Positions 55,506 through 64,000 of a DNA stretch of 64,000 bases are shown here, one piece after another; the first letter of the stretch is position 1; every line of letters starts with the position of its first letter. The stretch is from Candidatus Xenobia bacterium (GTDB lineage Bacteria; Vulcanimicrobiota; Xenobia; Xenobiales; QWHO01), in NCBI GenBank assembly GCA_045863235.1, contig BTUM01000005.1, forward strand, positions 129,154-193,153, written 5' to 3'. The notes below the pieces were generated by a model, which saw only the letters and a list, made by a program, of their open reading frames with translations, ran no database searches and was not told the DNA's origin. Both the position numbers and the translations under genes were made by a program.

Positions 55506-56159
55506 ATGGAGCCGAAACTCGAGAGCCTGACGGATGCCCAGAGGCGACTCTGGCCAGAGTTGTCAGCCACTCCCTACCATTTCACTCTGTACGGAGGTAT
55601 CGCCATCGCACTTCGTTTTGGACACCGTTTTTCGGCTGATTTTGACCTGCTCTCTCAGCAGGCATTCGATCCTGAGTCTTTGTATCGCCAGATTCCCTAC
55701 CTGAAAGAGGCAAGTGTGCTTCAGATGGGGGCAAACACGCTCACCTGCTCGGTAGAGCGCGGGGAGGCCGTGAAGATTTCCTTCTTCGGTGTACCTGACA
55801 TCCGGGTTGTGGAGCCACCTGAGGCGGCTGTTGGCCCCAACCTCAAGGTCGCCTCGGTTCTCGATCTGGCCGGAACGGAGGCGTCAGTTATTCAGAAGCG
55901 AGCTGCGGCGCGAGACTACCTGGATTTGGACGTCTTGATGACCCGAGGACGGGTCGACCTGTTGACCGCCCTGGCTGCCGGTCGACTGGTTTATGGACCA
56001 ATGTTCAACGCCCAGATTACATTGAAGGCCCTGTCCTACTATGGTGACGGCGATCTGTCGGGAGTTCCTGCTGAGGTCAAGGCGCGACTGACGGAGGCGG
56101 CGCGCACTGTGGACCTGAAGCGCTTATCCTCACGGCTGCAAGAATTGGGTGGCACCTGA
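55506..56159 (+). CDS. AbiEii/AbiGii-like nucleotidyltransferase
   Basis: LYGGIAIALRFGHRFSADFD, KRAAARDYLD. Confidence 0.88.
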   Translation: MEPKLESLTDAQRRLWPELSATPYHFTLYGGIAIALRFGHRFSADFDLLSQQAFDPESLYRQIPYLKEASVLQMGANTLTCSVERGEAVKISFFGVPDIRVVEPPEAAVGPNLKVASVLDLAGTEASVIQKRAAARDYLDLDVLMTRGRVDLLTALAAGRLVYGPMFNAQITLKALSYYGDGDLSGVPAEVKARLTEAARTVDLKRLSSRLQELGGT

Positions 56160-56449
56160 TGACCATCGAGAAGTCGCCAGAGATGCTCGCCATTGCGCGC
56201 CGCGTGGTGTGGTTCGCCACTCCCGAAGAAGCGCTTGAGCAGCCCGCTCTATTCCTGGCCCACGTGATGACCTACGGCCTTGTTGAGGATGTGCTGATTG
56301 TGCAGCAAGCGGTGGGGATGGATGCCTTTCGGAGCGTCCTGGACGCGCCGCCGCCGGGCGTATTCGACCCGCGCTCCTGGTCTTATTGGAACCTCATGTG
56401 CGACCGCTGGCCAGCGCCACCACTGCCGGAGAGACAGTTTCCCGACTGA
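56159..56449 (+). CDS. Small partner protein of the nucleotidyltransferase (DUF6922-like)
   Basis: TGATG coupling; RRVVWF, FLAHVMTYG, FDPRSWSYW. Confidence 0.8.
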   Translation: MTIEKSPEMLAIARRVVWFATPEEALEQPALFLAHVMTYGLVEDVLIVQQAVGMDAFRSVLDAPPPGVFDPRSWSYWNLMCDRWPAPPLPERQFPD

Positions 56450-56575
56450 GCCAGGGTGAGCGGGAAGGTCGCCCAATGGTCTTGCCCATTGGCAGGGATC
56501 TGACGACGTCGCCGGAGCTACGTTCCAGCGCTTTGTCGAGCTTTCGTCGCCCAGGGGTCTGGCCAGGCAGGTGTC

Positions 56576-56983
56576 CTAATAGGGCATGTTCCAGTCGGCC
56601 AGCCCCACATGCAGCACCGGTGCAGGCCAGTCGGGCCGGCCCTTCACGGTGGCCAGGGAGATCTCCACGGTATGCCCGTCCTTGCGGGCCCTCAGCTCGG
56701 AGTGGATCTCGGCCCAAACCTGGCCGTCGCGCACCATCTGGCGGGGCTTGTTGTCGGTGACAGCCCACCCCTCCGCCTTCAAGCGATCGCGAACGGCCGC
56801 GTAGGCCTGTTTGGGATCCCCCACTACGGCGTAGGACACATTGTGGGTCGTGCCCAGTTGAACCGGCTTGAGGCCCCGGATCTGGTTGATCCAGGCCAGT
56901 TCGGCGGGCAGGGTGGCGGCCCCGCACAGGGCGGCCAGGGCCAGGACGAGGATGCCGATCAGCTTCTTATGGACAAAGTTCAT
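56576..56983 (-). CDS. Secreted hypothetical protein
   Basis: AGGAG RBS; signal peptide MNFVHKKLIGILVLALAALCGA. Confidence 0.75.
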   Translation of the reverse strand: MNFVHKKLIGILVLALAALCGAATLPAELAWINQIRGLKPVQLGTTHNVSYAVVGDPKQAYAAVRDRLKAEGWAVTDNKPRQMVRDGQVWAEIHSELRARKDGHTVEISLATVKGRPDWPAPVLHVGLADWNMPY

Positions 56984-57283
56984 ATCGAGTGTCTCCTGAA
57001 TGAGGATGGCTTGGCGGTCTACGCCGACAAATGTCCTGGTGTTGTTCTCCACTACAACATGTCGGCTACCTGGACGACCCGGTCAGGAGAGCACAATGGC
57101 GCCACACAGGCCTCGGCCTCAGACACGGTCACTTCCGCATAACCGGCGTGCACGACGATGCTCATGACAGGAGGATTCCCTTCATTGCACGCAAGTTCCT
57201 TGAGGGTCTCGCCCTTTGCGTCCCCGGTGGTCTGTTAACAGCCCTTCCCTTTTTCCGCCGGCCGGGGTGAGTAAACTTTCAAC

Positions 57284-57955
57284 GTGCGCATCTCAAGCCT
57301 TGCCCTCTCGTTCATGCTGTTTGCCAGCCCCGTGCGAGCTGGCTCCGAGCCCCCCGCCGGGCCGGTCGACCGGGTCACCCTGGGCCAGAGCCCCGAGCCT
57401 GTGCCCGAGTTACTGCCCGTGCCCGACAGCCGTCAGAGCACGAGTTACTCCTGCGGGGCTGCCGCCCTGCGCTCCGTGCTGGGCTACTACGGCATCCAGG
57501 TGGACGAGGAGGAGCTGATGGCGAAACTGGCCACCAGCCCTCAGGAGGGCACCCGTCCCGAGGCGATCCTGCGCGTGGCCCGCGAGTACGGCCTGGAGGC
57601 CGAGTTGCGCCAGGGGGTCACCCTGGACGAGCTCGAGCGCGAGGTGCAGGCCGGCCGGCCCACCATCGTGGACGCCCAGGCCTGGCGCGAGGGCGAGGAG
57701 CTGAAGCTGCCCTGGACCGAGGTCTGGGAGTCGGGCCACTACATGGTGGCCATAGGCATGGACAAGGAGAACGTCTACTTCGAGGATCCATCGCTGGAGT
57801 GGAGCATGGGCAAGATCCCCCGCCAGGAGCTGATGGACCGCTGGCACGATTACGAGAACGGCCCCAACGGCGAGCGCCAGGTGTACCGCCAGGCGGCCAT
57901 CTTCTTCCGGGGCAAGCAGCCCTCGCCCCCACCGGTGATCATTCCGATCGACTGA
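57284..57955 (+). CDS. Stand-alone C39-family cysteine peptidase
   Basis: QSTSYSCGAAAL, GHYMV, EDP. Confidence 0.88.
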   Translation: MRISSLALSFMLFASPVRAGSEPPAGPVDRVTLGQSPEPVPELLPVPDSRQSTSYSCGAAALRSVLGYYGIQVDEEELMAKLATSPQEGTRPEAILRVAREYGLEAELRQGVTLDELEREVQAGRPTIVDAQAWREGEELKLPWTEVWESGHYMVAIGMDKENVYFEDPSLEWSMGKIPRQELMDRWHDYENGPNGERQVYRQAAIFFRGKQPSPPPVIIPID

Positions 57956-58023
57956 GCTGGGCTGGCGGGTCGGCCGGGCGTGCCACCGACCCGGCGTCCG
58001 TCGCACCGACCCTTTCCCAAGGA

Positions 58024-58305
58024 TCAGGCCGAGCGCAGGGCCTGCACCTGGGCCAGGAAGAGGTCGCTCTGGCAGCGCAGCAGCATCATCCTTTGCTCCA
58101 GCTGGCGCTGGCCCATCTCCAGCTCGAGCTCGTGACGCCGTCGCTCGCGCTCAAGGCGCGCGCTCTGCACCCGCCCCAGCAGCTCCTGTCGGGCCAGGCA
58201 GGCTTCCAGGTTGCGCTGGCGGCGCTGCAGTTTCCGCTCCTCCAGCAGGCCTTCGATCTCTTCCAGCTCCAGGCGCAGCCTGGCTTGCTCGAGTTGGTTG
58301 TCCAT
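58024..58305 (-). CDS. Small coiled-coil protein
   Basis: GGAGGAG RBS before ATG 58305; E/R/L/Q-rich. Confidence 0.6.
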   Translation of the reverse strand: MDNQLEQARLRLELEEIEGLLEERKLQRRQRNLEACLARQELLGRVQSARLERERRRHELELEMGQRQLEQRMMLLRCQSDLFLAQVQALRSA

Positions 58306-58368
58306 CGCTTGCTCCTCCCTTTCCACTTCAGGATACGGGGAGCAAACCAATCCGTTCAGTGATCGGGA

Positions 58369-59160
58369 TCAACTTTTCTCGAAGGCAAATTGCAGCAGCG
58401 TGCCACGTGGGTCGATAGGGGCGTCGGTGCCGCCCCAGGTGGTGCTGGTCACCAGGATGGCCACCTTCCAGCCCACTCCCGAGAAGCTGACTCCCACCGC
58501 GGATGAGCCTCCGGCCAGGTCGCTCTCGAGCTTCCAGCCGCGGATGGGCATTTCCTTAAGATACTCCCGCGCTGTGGACTCGGGGTCGACCCCGCGGATG
58601 CGCTTGCGGCAGCGGACCACGTAGCGGATCTTGCCGTCGGGAAGCGACTTCTGGGCCACCGGTTCCCCCATGGTAAAGCCGCCGATTACGGGGATTTTTG
58701 GGATCATCGGCACGGGCAGGTCGGGCCGATCCACCTCGAAGCGGGGAGCATCCTCGACCTGGTTCTTGTCGACCACCTCGATCGCGTCGATCCACCAGCG
58801 ACCCTGGCCTGTGCTCAGGGTGGCGCGCATCTGGTACTGGCCGTAGCGCAGTTTGTCCTTGCCCAGGGCGTCCACCGAGCCGATGCGATACTTCAGCACC
58901 GCCTTGCGCCCGTCGTTGGAGACCAGCTCGGGAGGCTGGTAGAAGCCCACGCTCTCGCAGGTCTGCCAGTCCTTGCGGAAGGCCTCCAGCGACTTTGCCT
59001 TGCGGGCGGCCGGGCTCTTGAGCTGGTAGGCGGCCTTGAGGTCGCGGTCGTTGAGGTGGACGTAGTACTCGTTGATGACGGCAGCAGGCTCGTTGGCCTG
59101 TTGGGCCTGGCAGGCCAGGCCCAACAGGATGAAGACGCAGAGAAAGAGAGGAAAACGCAT
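58369..59160 (-). CDS. Exported protein/lipoprotein with NTF2-like N-terminal domain
   Basis: MRFPLFLCVFILLGLAC; VINEYYVHLNDRDLKAAYQL. Confidence 0.75.
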   Translation of the reverse strand: MRFPLFLCVFILLGLACQAQQANEPAAVINEYYVHLNDRDLKAAYQLKSPAARKAKSLEAFRKDWQTCESVGFYQPPELVSNDGRKAVLKYRIGSVDALGKDKLRYGQYQMRATLSTGQGRWWIDAIEVVDKNQVEDAPRFEVDRPDLPVPMIPKIPVIGGFTMGEPVAQKSLPDGKIRYVVRCRKRIRGVDPESTAREYLKEMPIRGWKLESDLAGGSSAVGVSFSGVGWKVAILVTSTTWGGTDAPIDPRGTLLQFAFEKS

Positions 59161-59197
59161 TCTCACGCGTTCTGTGCCCCCGCGGGGACGACCTGCA

Positions 59198-60871
59198 TCA
59201 GGCCACCGGTTGACCGAGCCGCCCTCGCTCCTCTTCCACGATGGAGTCCTCGAGCTTCTTGAAGAGCGGAGCAACCTCGCCCAGCGAGTGGCCTTCCTTC
59301 AAATCGGGCGGGGCCCAGGGCCCGGCCCAGGGATCGCCCTCGAGGCCGAGCACGGCGTGAAGGCGGGCCGAGCTGTTGGGCAGGAAGGGAGTCAGCAGCA
59401 CCCGCAGGGCCGCGATGAGGCGCAGCGAGGTGGCCACCGCCGTGGCCGCCCGGTCGCGGTCGACCTTGATCGTCTTCCAGGGCTCCTGTCCGTCGAGATA
59501 GCGGTTGCCTTCGCGCACGGTTTCGAAGATGCGCTGCAGGGCGGCCTTGAAGCGACACTGCTCGAGCAGCTCGGCGGCAGCCGGGAAGGTGTCGGCCGCG
59601 GCCTTCAAGATGGCCTCGTCCTCGGCGTTGGGCGTGGCCGGAGGAACCTTGCCCTCGAAGTTCTTGCGGGTGAAGGTGGTCACGCGCTGAGCCAGGTTGC
59701 CCCAGGCGGCCACCAGCTCGTCGTTGTTCTTGCGCAGGAACTCGTGCCAGAGAAAGTCCGAGTCGTTGGACTCGGGAGCGTTGACAGTCAGATAGTAGCG
59801 CAGCGGGTCGGGATCGTAGCGGTCCAGGAAGTCGTTGGCCCAGACCGCCCAGTTGCGCGAGGTCGAGAACGGCTGGTGCTCCAGGTTCAAGAACTCGTTG
59901 GCAGGCACGTTGTGGGGCAGGTTCAAGCCCTCCTCCAGCCCGATCAACACGGCCGGCCAGCGGATGGAGTGGAACGGGATGTTGTCCTTGCCCACGAAGT
60001 AGTAAGTCTCGGCGGCTGGATCAAGCCACCAGCGCTTCCAGGCCTCGGGCTCTCCCTTGCTCCGGGCCCACTCGATGGAGGCCGAGAAGTAGCCGATCAC
60101 GGCCTCGAACCAGACGTAGATGGCCTTGTCCTGGAACCCTTCGATGGGCACCGGGATGCCCCAGGCCAGGTCGCGGGTGACGGCCGAGTCCACCAGCCCT
60201 TCCTGCAGGTAGCGGCGGGTGAAGTTGATCACGTTGGGCCGCCACCAGCCCTTGCCGGCCACGTACTGCTCGAGCTTCTCGGTGAAAGCCGACCACTTGA
60301 AGAAGAGATGGGTGGTCTCACGCGGCACGGGAGTGGCTCCCGAGCGTTTGGAGCGAGGCTCCTTGAGCTCCATCGCGTCCAGGGTGCGCCCGCAGCTGTC
60401 GCACTGATCGCCTCGAGCCTGGGTGAAGCCGCAGTGCGGGCAGGTGCCCTCCACGAAGCGGTCGGGCAAGAAGCTCTCCACCTCGGGGTCGTAGAGCATG
60501 GTCTGGGTGGCCGGGTAAAGGTAGCCTTTGGCGTGCAGTTTGCGGAAGATGTCCTGGACGACCTCGCGGTGGTTGTCGGTGGTCGTGCGCGTGAACAGAT
60601 CCCATTGCATCCCCAGTCGCTGGAAAGTGTCCTGGAAGCTCTGGTCATAGCGGTCGGCCACCTCGGCCGGGCTGCACTTCTCGGCCTCGGCCCGCACAGT
60701 CACGGGAGTGCCGTGCTGGTCTGAGCCGGAAACCATGAGCACGTCGTTGCCGGCCATGCGGTGATAGCGGGCGAAGATGTCGGCTGGCAGGTAGCAGCCG
60801 GCCAGGTGGCCGAGGTGCAGCGGGCCGTTGGCGTAGGGCCAGGCTACGCCCACCAGGATGCGCTTGGACAT
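59198..60871 (-). CDS. metG: Methionine--tRNA ligase (no C-terminal tRNA-binding domain)
   Basis: PYANGPLHLGH, GSDQHG, CPHC..CDSC, YVWFEA, GKDNIPFH, PFSTS. Confidence 0.97.
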   Translation of the reverse strand: MSKRILVGVAWPYANGPLHLGHLAGCYLPADIFARYHRMAGNDVLMVSGSDQHGTPVTVRAEAEKCSPAEVADRYDQSFQDTFQRLGMQWDLFTRTTTDNHREVVQDIFRKLHAKGYLYPATQTMLYDPEVESFLPDRFVEGTCPHCGFTQARGDQCDSCGRTLDAMELKEPRSKRSGATPVPRETTHLFFKWSAFTEKLEQYVAGKGWWRPNVINFTRRYLQEGLVDSAVTRDLAWGIPVPIEGFQDKAIYVWFEAVIGYFSASIEWARSKGEPEAWKRWWLDPAAETYYFVGKDNIPFHSIRWPAVLIGLEEGLNLPHNVPANEFLNLEHQPFSTSRNWAVWANDFLDRYDPDPLRYYLTVNAPESNDSDFLWHEFLRKNNDELVAAWGNLAQRVTTFTRKNFEGKVPPATPNAEDEAILKAAADTFPAAAELLEQCRFKAALQRIFETVREGNRYLDGQEPWKTIKVDRDRAATAVATSLRLIAALRVLLTPFLPNSSARLHAVLGLEGDPWAGPWAPPDLKEGHSLGEVAPLFKKLEDSIVEEERGRLGQPVA

Positions 60872-61043
60872 CGAAGTCTCCTTGACAGCGAGATTGTCCG
60901 CGCTGTTCGGGGACCCGGGCGCTCGATCCTAGCGAGAAGTGATCCGCCGTGTCCCCGTGGTCTCATCGAGAACCCGAACCAACTTGAGAGCAACGCAAGT
61001 CTCCTGGCAGTTCAAGGCCTTTCTGGCCGCCAACAACTTCATC

Positions 61044-61112
61044 TTGATCGTGGAGTTCTTGTCCCGCACGACCGAAGCCAAAGACCGTGGTAAGAACTTC
61101 TTGATCTATCGG
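61044..61112 (+). pseudogene. Uma2/DUF820 endonuclease fragment
   Basis: LIVEFLSRTTEAKDRGKNFLIY resembles the LxVEVLSxST..DRGxK..Y motif; flanks are not recognisable. Confidence 0.45.
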
Positions 61113-61139
61113 GTGGTTCTCAAAGTGCCCCTCGACACA

Positions 61140-62504
61140 TTACCGGTACCTCGAGCGATAGCGAATCTGCCCGAAGTAAGGCGCGTGATGATCCGGGCTG
61201 ACCACGAAGTCGGCCGCGAAGCGCTTGAGCTTGCCGCCAGGCTCGAAGGCGATCTCGTTTATGAGGAACTTGCCCCGGTAGTGGCTCGCCCCCCGTCCCA
61301 GGCCGCTGATGTCCACGCCGGGTGCATCCGGGTCATCTGAGCTGGCTGATTCGTACAGCCCTGGCTCCAGCGCCGAGCGCCGGGGGCCCGAGAAGGTCAG
61401 CTTCCAGAATGGGCCGGTCCTCAGGGTCACGCTGAGGGTGAGGAGCGACGGGCTCCCGGTGGCGGTAAAGGTGGCCGATTTGTCGGTGTAAACGTGCTCG
61501 TTGCCCAGGGCGATGGGGTTGTCGGGGCGGGCACCAAGCAAGGTGAGCCGGTCCTGGGGCTGACCACCGGTCCGGGGTGGAGGAAAGACAAAGCTCTCCA
61601 CGTCCACGATCTCCTCGCGCGAGATCGTGAAGCGGTCTTGCTCTTGGTACTCGGCCAGCAGTTTTTCGTATTCGGGTCGCTGCTTGAGATCGACCGCGGA
61701 CTGCATCAATCGCGCGGCCTCGGTCCACTCGCGGCGGTGGGCGGCCGCTTGAGCCTCGATGGCCAGGGCTCGGGCCCGCTCGGACGGATAGGGTCCCAGG
61801 CGGACAAAGGCCTGGCCGGCCTTTCGGGCCGAGATGCCCGCCTGGTCCCATTGACCCTGGCGGGCCTGGGTGGAGGCCAGCGTGAGCTGGCGCCGAGCCA
61901 ATATCAGAGAGGCATCTTTGCTCTGAGCCTCGACCTGCGCCCGCAGCTCTTTCAAGCGAGCGCCCGATTCGGGAAGCTTTTCGAGCTCTTTCATGGCCAG
62001 CTGGCCCTGGTCGGTGGCCAGATAGCTTTCGGCCAGGAGCTCCCTGGCGGTCGTGTTGGCAGGCTCGATCTCGACTACCAGGCGAGCTCGCAAGATGGTC
62101 TCCGGATGGTTCCGCGATTGAGCCGCCTGGGCGGCCCGCTCGAGCTGCTCGGCGATCAGCCCCTGGCGCGCGGGGGGCGCCAGATCTTGCAGGCGCAGAC
62201 GGGCGCCGCGATAGTCGCCGATGCGAACCGAGGTTTCCAGGAGGATGGCCTGGGCCTCGGGCTGCAAATCTTTGCTCAGGCCGTTCTGCAGCGCTGTCTG
62301 GGCCAGGCTACCGGCCTGGCGCCACTCGTTGCGGGCGGCTGCCTGACGCGCCTGGCTCAGCATCTCGGCCGGGTCGATCTGACTGGGCAGGCTGGCCGGG
62401 GTCATGGCGGGCGGCGTCCGCGAGGGAACAGGCGTGGCCACCACGGCCGGTTGGCCACATCCGCAAACCAGGCACACCAGGCCGGAAACCAGCAGGCGAC
62501 GCAT
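61140..62504 (-). CDS. TPR-containing lipoprotein with C-terminal beta domain
   Basis: Lipobox VCGC; TPR-like helices (IEPANTTARELLAESY). Confidence 0.8.
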   Translation of the reverse strand: MRRLLVSGLVCLVCGCGQPAVVATPVPSRTPPAMTPASLPSQIDPAEMLSQARQAAARNEWRQAGSLAQTALQNGLSKDLQPEAQAILLETSVRIGDYRGARLRLQDLAPPARQGLIAEQLERAAQAAQSRNHPETILRARLVVEIEPANTTARELLAESYLATDQGQLAMKELEKLPESGARLKELRAQVEAQSKDASLILARRQLTLASTQARQGQWDQAGISARKAGQAFVRLGPYPSERARALAIEAQAAAHRREWTEAARLMQSAVDLKQRPEYEKLLAEYQEQDRFTISREEIVDVESFVFPPPRTGGQPQDRLTLLGARPDNPIALGNEHVYTDKSATFTATGSPSLLTLSVTLRTGPFWKLTFSGPRRSALEPGLYESASSDDPDAPGVDISGLGRGASHYRGKFLINEIAFEPGGKLKRFAADFVVSPDHHAPYFGQIRYRSRYR

Positions 62505-62532
62505 CTTGAGCCAGAATTCGGCGATGCCCCGC

Positions 62533-63636
62533 TCAGACCCCCCGGTCGACGCGATTTCGCTGGCGGTCGGAGTAGCGCTCCAACCCCAGGTCGACCAGAC
62601 GGTCGAGCAGCTGGCCGTAGGAAAGGCCGCTCTTTTCCCACATGCGAGCGTACATGGACACGGGGGTGAACCCGGGCATCGTGTTGACCTCGTTGAGGTA
62701 AATGGCTCCTGTCTCGTCGAGGAAGAAGTCGACCCGGGAGAGTCCGTTCAGATCGAGGGCCCGGTAGGCCTCGATGGCCAGCTTCTGAATCTGGGCCGTC
62801 TGCTCGGGGGTGAGCGGAGCGGGGATCAGGGTTTCCTGCCCGCTGGTATTGAGATACTTGGCTTTGTAGTCATAGAACTCGTGTCCGTGGGCGATCTCGC
62901 CGGGTAACGAAGCCTCGGGACGGTCGTTGCCGAGCACGCTGATCTCGATCTCGCGAGGCTTCCTGGCGGCTTCCTCGACCACCAGCTTGCGGTCATACTC
63001 GGCCGCGTGGTCGAGGGCCTGCTCGAGCTCTTCGCGCGTGGTGGCCCGGTTGATTCCGACGCTGGAGCCCAGGTTGGCCGGCTTGACGAAGCAGGGAAGA
63101 CCTGGTTTGACCAGCAGGCTCTCCACCGTCTGCTGGCGGCGCACCTCCAGGTCGGCCCGGGTGACCACCTGCCAGGCCAGTTGGGGCAGCCCGTGGGCGG
63201 CCCAGATGGCCTTCATGAGCGCTTTGTCCATGCCTACCGCCGAGCCGGCCACACCCGCCCCGACGTAGGGAATGCCGGCCATCTCGAAGAGCCCCTGGAT
63301 GGTGCCGTCCTCGCCGTAGGTGCCGTGCAGGACGGGGAAGATGACGTCCAGGCGGGGCAGACCCGATTCGGCCGCGCCGCCTTTCAGGCTCATCAGGGCC
63401 TGCTCGCCGCCGGGCAGCACCGCGAGAGTGCTGCCGTTGCCGTGCACGACCCCGGCCTCGAGGGCCGCCCGAGCGCCCGCCGGGGGCAGCCACTTGCCCT
63501 CACGGGTGATGGCCAGGGGCACCACCTCGTAACGCTCGGGGTCGAGCCCGTTGATGACCGAGCGCGCCGAAAGCACCGACACCTCATGCTCGCCCGAGCG
63601 ACCGCCAAAGACCACGCCGATTCGTATCTTGCTCAT
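62533..63636 (-). CDS. ddl: D-alanine--D-alanine ligase
   Basis: [48 protein letters not shown]. Confidence 0.97.
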   Translation of the reverse strand: MSKIRIGVVFGGRSGEHEVSVLSARSVINGLDPERYEVVPLAITREGKWLPPAGARAALEAGVVHGNGSTLAVLPGGEQALMSLKGGAAESGLPRLDVIFPVLHGTYGEDGTIQGLFEMAGIPYVGAGVAGSAVGMDKALMKAIWAAHGLPQLAWQVVTRADLEVRRQQTVESLLVKPGLPCFVKPANLGSSVGINRATTREELEQALDHAAEYDRKLVVEEAARKPREIEISVLGNDRPEASLPGEIAHGHEFYDYKAKYLNTSGQETLIPAPLTPEQTAQIQKLAIEAYRALDLNGLSRVDFFLDETGAIYLNEVNTMPGFTPVSMYARMWEKSGLSYGQLLDRLVDLGLERYSDRQRNRVDRGV

Positions 63637-63713
63637 AGAGCACAGGTTCGCTGCCGGCTTGAATTTCCTTCAGAACTGATGTTCGAGCCTGGAGCTTACT
63701 CGGCCCCCGGTCT

Positions 63714-64000
63714 TTCCGAGCCCGATCACGACGAACGTGCGTTCCGGGCTCCGGCCCGAGGACGGATCATGATCCGCTTCCGAGCCCGATCACGACGAAC
63801 GTGCGTTCCGGGCTCCGGCCCGAGGACGGATCATGATCCGCTTCCGAGCCCGATCACGACGAACGTGCGTTCCGGGCTCCGGCCCGAGGACGGATCATGA
63901 TCCGCTTCCGAGCCCGATCACGACGAACGTGCGTTCCGGGCTCCGGCCCGAGGACGGATCATGATCCGCTTCCGAGCCCGATCACGACGAACGTGCGTTC
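63714..64000. repeat. Perfect 64-bp tandem repeat, about 4.5 copies, running off the window
   Basis: Units start at 63714, 63778, 63842, 63906, 63970; no spacers. Confidence 0.95.

Noticed and set aside
63714..64000. CRISPR array
   Set aside because: Units are identical along their full 64 bp with no unique spacers, and no cas genes are in the window.

Overview
GC-rich bacterial chromosomal window with about 45 CDS, four tRNA genes and a SAM-I riboswitch. It carries housekeeping genes (metA, metB, metG, ddl, fused 2-oxoacid dehydrogenase E1), a sulfatase/maturase pair, lipoproteins, four S8 proteases, several toxin- or effector-like proteins and three toxin-antitoxin modules. Taxonomy is not established; the protein architectures resemble Eremiobacterota/Vulcanimicrobiota, which is a guess. 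The most striking feature is at 1.4-2.1 kb on the minus strand. A sigma70 promoter drives an unannotated 23-codon leader peptide (MLRPQLRQRQGLLLRRRGGGTSA) in which 15 of the first 16 codons after ATG start with C. It is followed by mutually exclusive antiterminator/terminator hairpins and then four atypical tRNAs (Leu-CAG, Gln-CUG, Arg-ACG, Leu-GAG). These tRNAs decode 12 of those 15 codons and all carry A37. This looks like a ribosome-stalling attenuator that switches on back-up, possibly TrmD/m1G37-independent, tRNAs. Also found: two families of 11-bp-period direct-repeat promoter boxes, a shared non-Sec N-terminal D-x-V-x-L-[GS] motif, a shared C-terminal motif, a CruR/CutF-like leader gene and a 64-bp tandem repeat. 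All assignments are from reading the sequence by eye; no searches were run.
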